Below, piece after piece: positions 61,850 through 64,000 of a stretch of DNA of 64,000 nt (positions are counted from its first letter, which is position 1; every line of letters starts with the position of its first letter). A program made the position numbers and the translations under genes. Below the pieces are notes generated by a model that did not search any database, was not told the origin of the DNA, and worked only from the letters and a program-made list of their open reading frames with translations. Source of the DNA: Somniosus microcephalus (lineage: Eukaryota). The stretch spans positions 285,882,001 to 285,946,000 of the forward strand of contig CM126206.1 in assembly GCA_052327205.1 (NCBI GenBank), given 5' to 3'.

Positions 61850-63692
61850 TTAGAATTACACAGAAATTACAATACAGAAACAGGCCATTTAGCCGAACCA
61901 GTTCGTGTTGGTGTTTATCCAATCTGTAGTCCTGTTCCCATGCACCTACCCTGTTCCCATATACAGGAAACTCTTTATTATCCAGCACCAACGGGACCGG
62001 CGTGATGCCGGTTTATCAAAAAGTCCGGATTACAGAGAGGTATAGTTTAAAAGGTACAAGAGCTCTGTACACAGCAACAAATCCAGACTTCCCTGTTGCT
62101 TAGCAACATGTGCAGGAACTCCGGCCACAGACCAAGCAGCCCTGTTGCTTAGCAACAAGTGCACGAACCCCAGTTACACAGCCACAGATCCAGGAACTGC
62201 CACTAATATGAAGTAAAACTTACCTGAACCTACTCCTGAATTTTGCCAGTTAACAGAGATTTCTGCCAGTTAAAAGAGAGTTCCCTATCGAACTCTTAAA
62301 TGTTCACATGGTCCCTGCTTCAATCATTAACTCTGGTACTGCATTCCATAGTCTCATAACCATCTATTTTTTTTAAAGTTTCTCTCACTCTGACCTAAGT
62401 CTTTTACATTTACTCTTAAATCAGTGTCCTGTCATCCTTGAATCATTGGAAACCGTCTGTGTCTATCTAATCTATCCCATTCCTTCGATCAAATCACCCC
62501 TTAATCTCTGTTCTAATGAAAACAGCCCCAATATTTCAAGTCTGCCTTTGTATTTTTATTTCCTGATACAAGACCGCATCTGCACTGTATCCTCTTGATT
62601 GTCTCACCATTCTTCTAGTGTGGAGGCCAAAACTGAACTGTGGTATTACTAAGTAGATTCACCATTACATCTCAACTCGTATATTCTATGCCTCTTGTCC
62701 TAAAATTCAGTATTCCATTAGCTTTTTTATAGCCTAATCCACTCGAGGTGCTGCTTTGAATGTCTTGTGAACCTGAACACCTATATCCCTCTGCTCTTCC
62801 ACATCACCCAGCTTTTCTCCCCATTCAAAGTATAATTAATACTTTTAATTTTCTTACAAAAATGTACCACCTCACATTTACTGACATTGAATTCTATGCC
62901 ACTTTTTTGCCCAGACCACCACCTTATTAATATCCCCTTCCTTTGGTTCTCAGAATTAATTACTATGCCTTGTTTTTTAGCATCTTCTGCAAATTCAGAA
63001 ACCACTCCCTATATCTAAAACATTGATGTACACAGTGAACAGAAGCAGTCCTAGAACAGAACCCTGTGGGACACCAATATAATTCCTAGGGCTTCCACTG
63101 TTTCTTCCCCATTTCCTTCGGGATCCATGGATGTATCCCGTCAGGTCCTTGCAATTTGTCCTCCTTTAGCTTAACTAACTTCTGTAATATATTGCTTTTA
63201 TTACAATATCGCTCATCTCTTAAACCAATTCAGGATTTGCCTCTTCCCCAATATTAAGTATCCTAATATAACTTGTTATTCTTTTATTTTGGGTCCCACC
63301 TCAGATTTAACTCTTCACGTTTTACTACTATATTAGTAGAATACTGTTTTTAATATTTTTCGGATCCTCTTGGCATGCTCCCTTCTTGTTTTCCATATCC
63401 CTTTCTTAACTTCTTTCTATATTTTCTCGTATTCTTGCTTACTTTTAGCATACCTATAGCCCCCATATACCCTATTCTTCAATTTTAGTTTACCCCTTTA
63501 TCCACAGCATTCTGAAACTTGAAGTAGTCTCTTTTTAATGGTATATATTTATTCTGCAAATTTGCAAATTCCTTATTTAAAAGTATTCTATTGTTGATCT
63601 AAATGAACTTTGTGCCAAGTTCTCTCTTCACATGGGCCTCAGCTAGATCACTTCTCACCTTTTTAAAATCAGCCCTATTCCAATCTGGAGTC
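61850..63692 (-). mobile_element. Old CR1 fragment interrupted by a MITE
   Basis: EFAEDAK and FNVSKCEVVHF motifs (ORF 62781..63005) and CR1 tail. Confidence 0.7.
61964..62286. mobile_element. Tigger-like MITE, family A, nested in CR1
   Basis: TA-caggaaactc left end, degenerate right TIR; shared internal gtaaaacttacctgaacctactcctgaa. Confidence 0.75.
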
Positions 63693-63695
63693 GTT

Positions 63696-64000
63696 GGCCG
63701 GGATCTTACCTTTCGGGGCGCGTTGAGGGCGAGACAGCTGCCTTCCGGGTTCTAGTCCCGCCCCCAGCAACGTCCAACGCACAGATGCGATTTTGCATCA
63801 GTTGGCCTTGTTATGCCCGCCCTGCAGGCTTGCCAGCCAATTAAGAGAAAGCCGGTGTCAGATGACGTCAGTTGATGACGCGTCATCTGCCGGTTTTCTT
63901 AAAGGGGCCACGACCATTTTTTTTACATGATTTTTCAGTGTTTAACAGCATTGAGGTGCTGCAAACACTGACAATCACTGTACAAAGGTAAGCCCTTGCA
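63696..64000. mobile_element. GC-rich DNA-transposon-like element running off the window
   Basis: Abrupt CpG-rich start ggccgggatctt interrupting a CR1 fragment; motifs shared with the other GC-rich MITEs (gatgacgtca, cttaaagggg). Confidence 0.5.

Overview
Vertebrate genomic DNA, most likely a cartilaginous fish (shark-like CR1/L2/Deu-SINE repeat content; the species cannot be fixed from sequence alone). Two genes lie head-to-head around a CpG-island bidirectional promoter (~20200-21120). TRIP13 (pachytene checkpoint AAA+ ATPase, minus strand) has a probable non-coding first exon and 8 coding exons here and runs off the left edge. BRD9 (bromodomain ncBAF subunit, plus strand) has 16 coding exons here, including an apparently extra 72-nt exon and two GC-AG introns; its terminal exon is not in the window. 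Introns are filled with CR1 and L2 LINE fragments, tRNA-derived SINEs, several MITE families and a 26-bp G-rich minisatellite. The most notable non-genic signal is a young Penelope-like retroelement family whose terminal repeats carry a minimal hammerhead-ribozyme motif (about 8 full or partial copies). Two insertions are fold-back structures with 13-bp target-site duplications, and one contains a nested 71-bp polyadenylated micro-retrocopy. Almost all long ORFs in the supplied track are TE remnants or repeat artefacts. Homology calls rest on my recollection of human proteins and repeat families, not on database searches.
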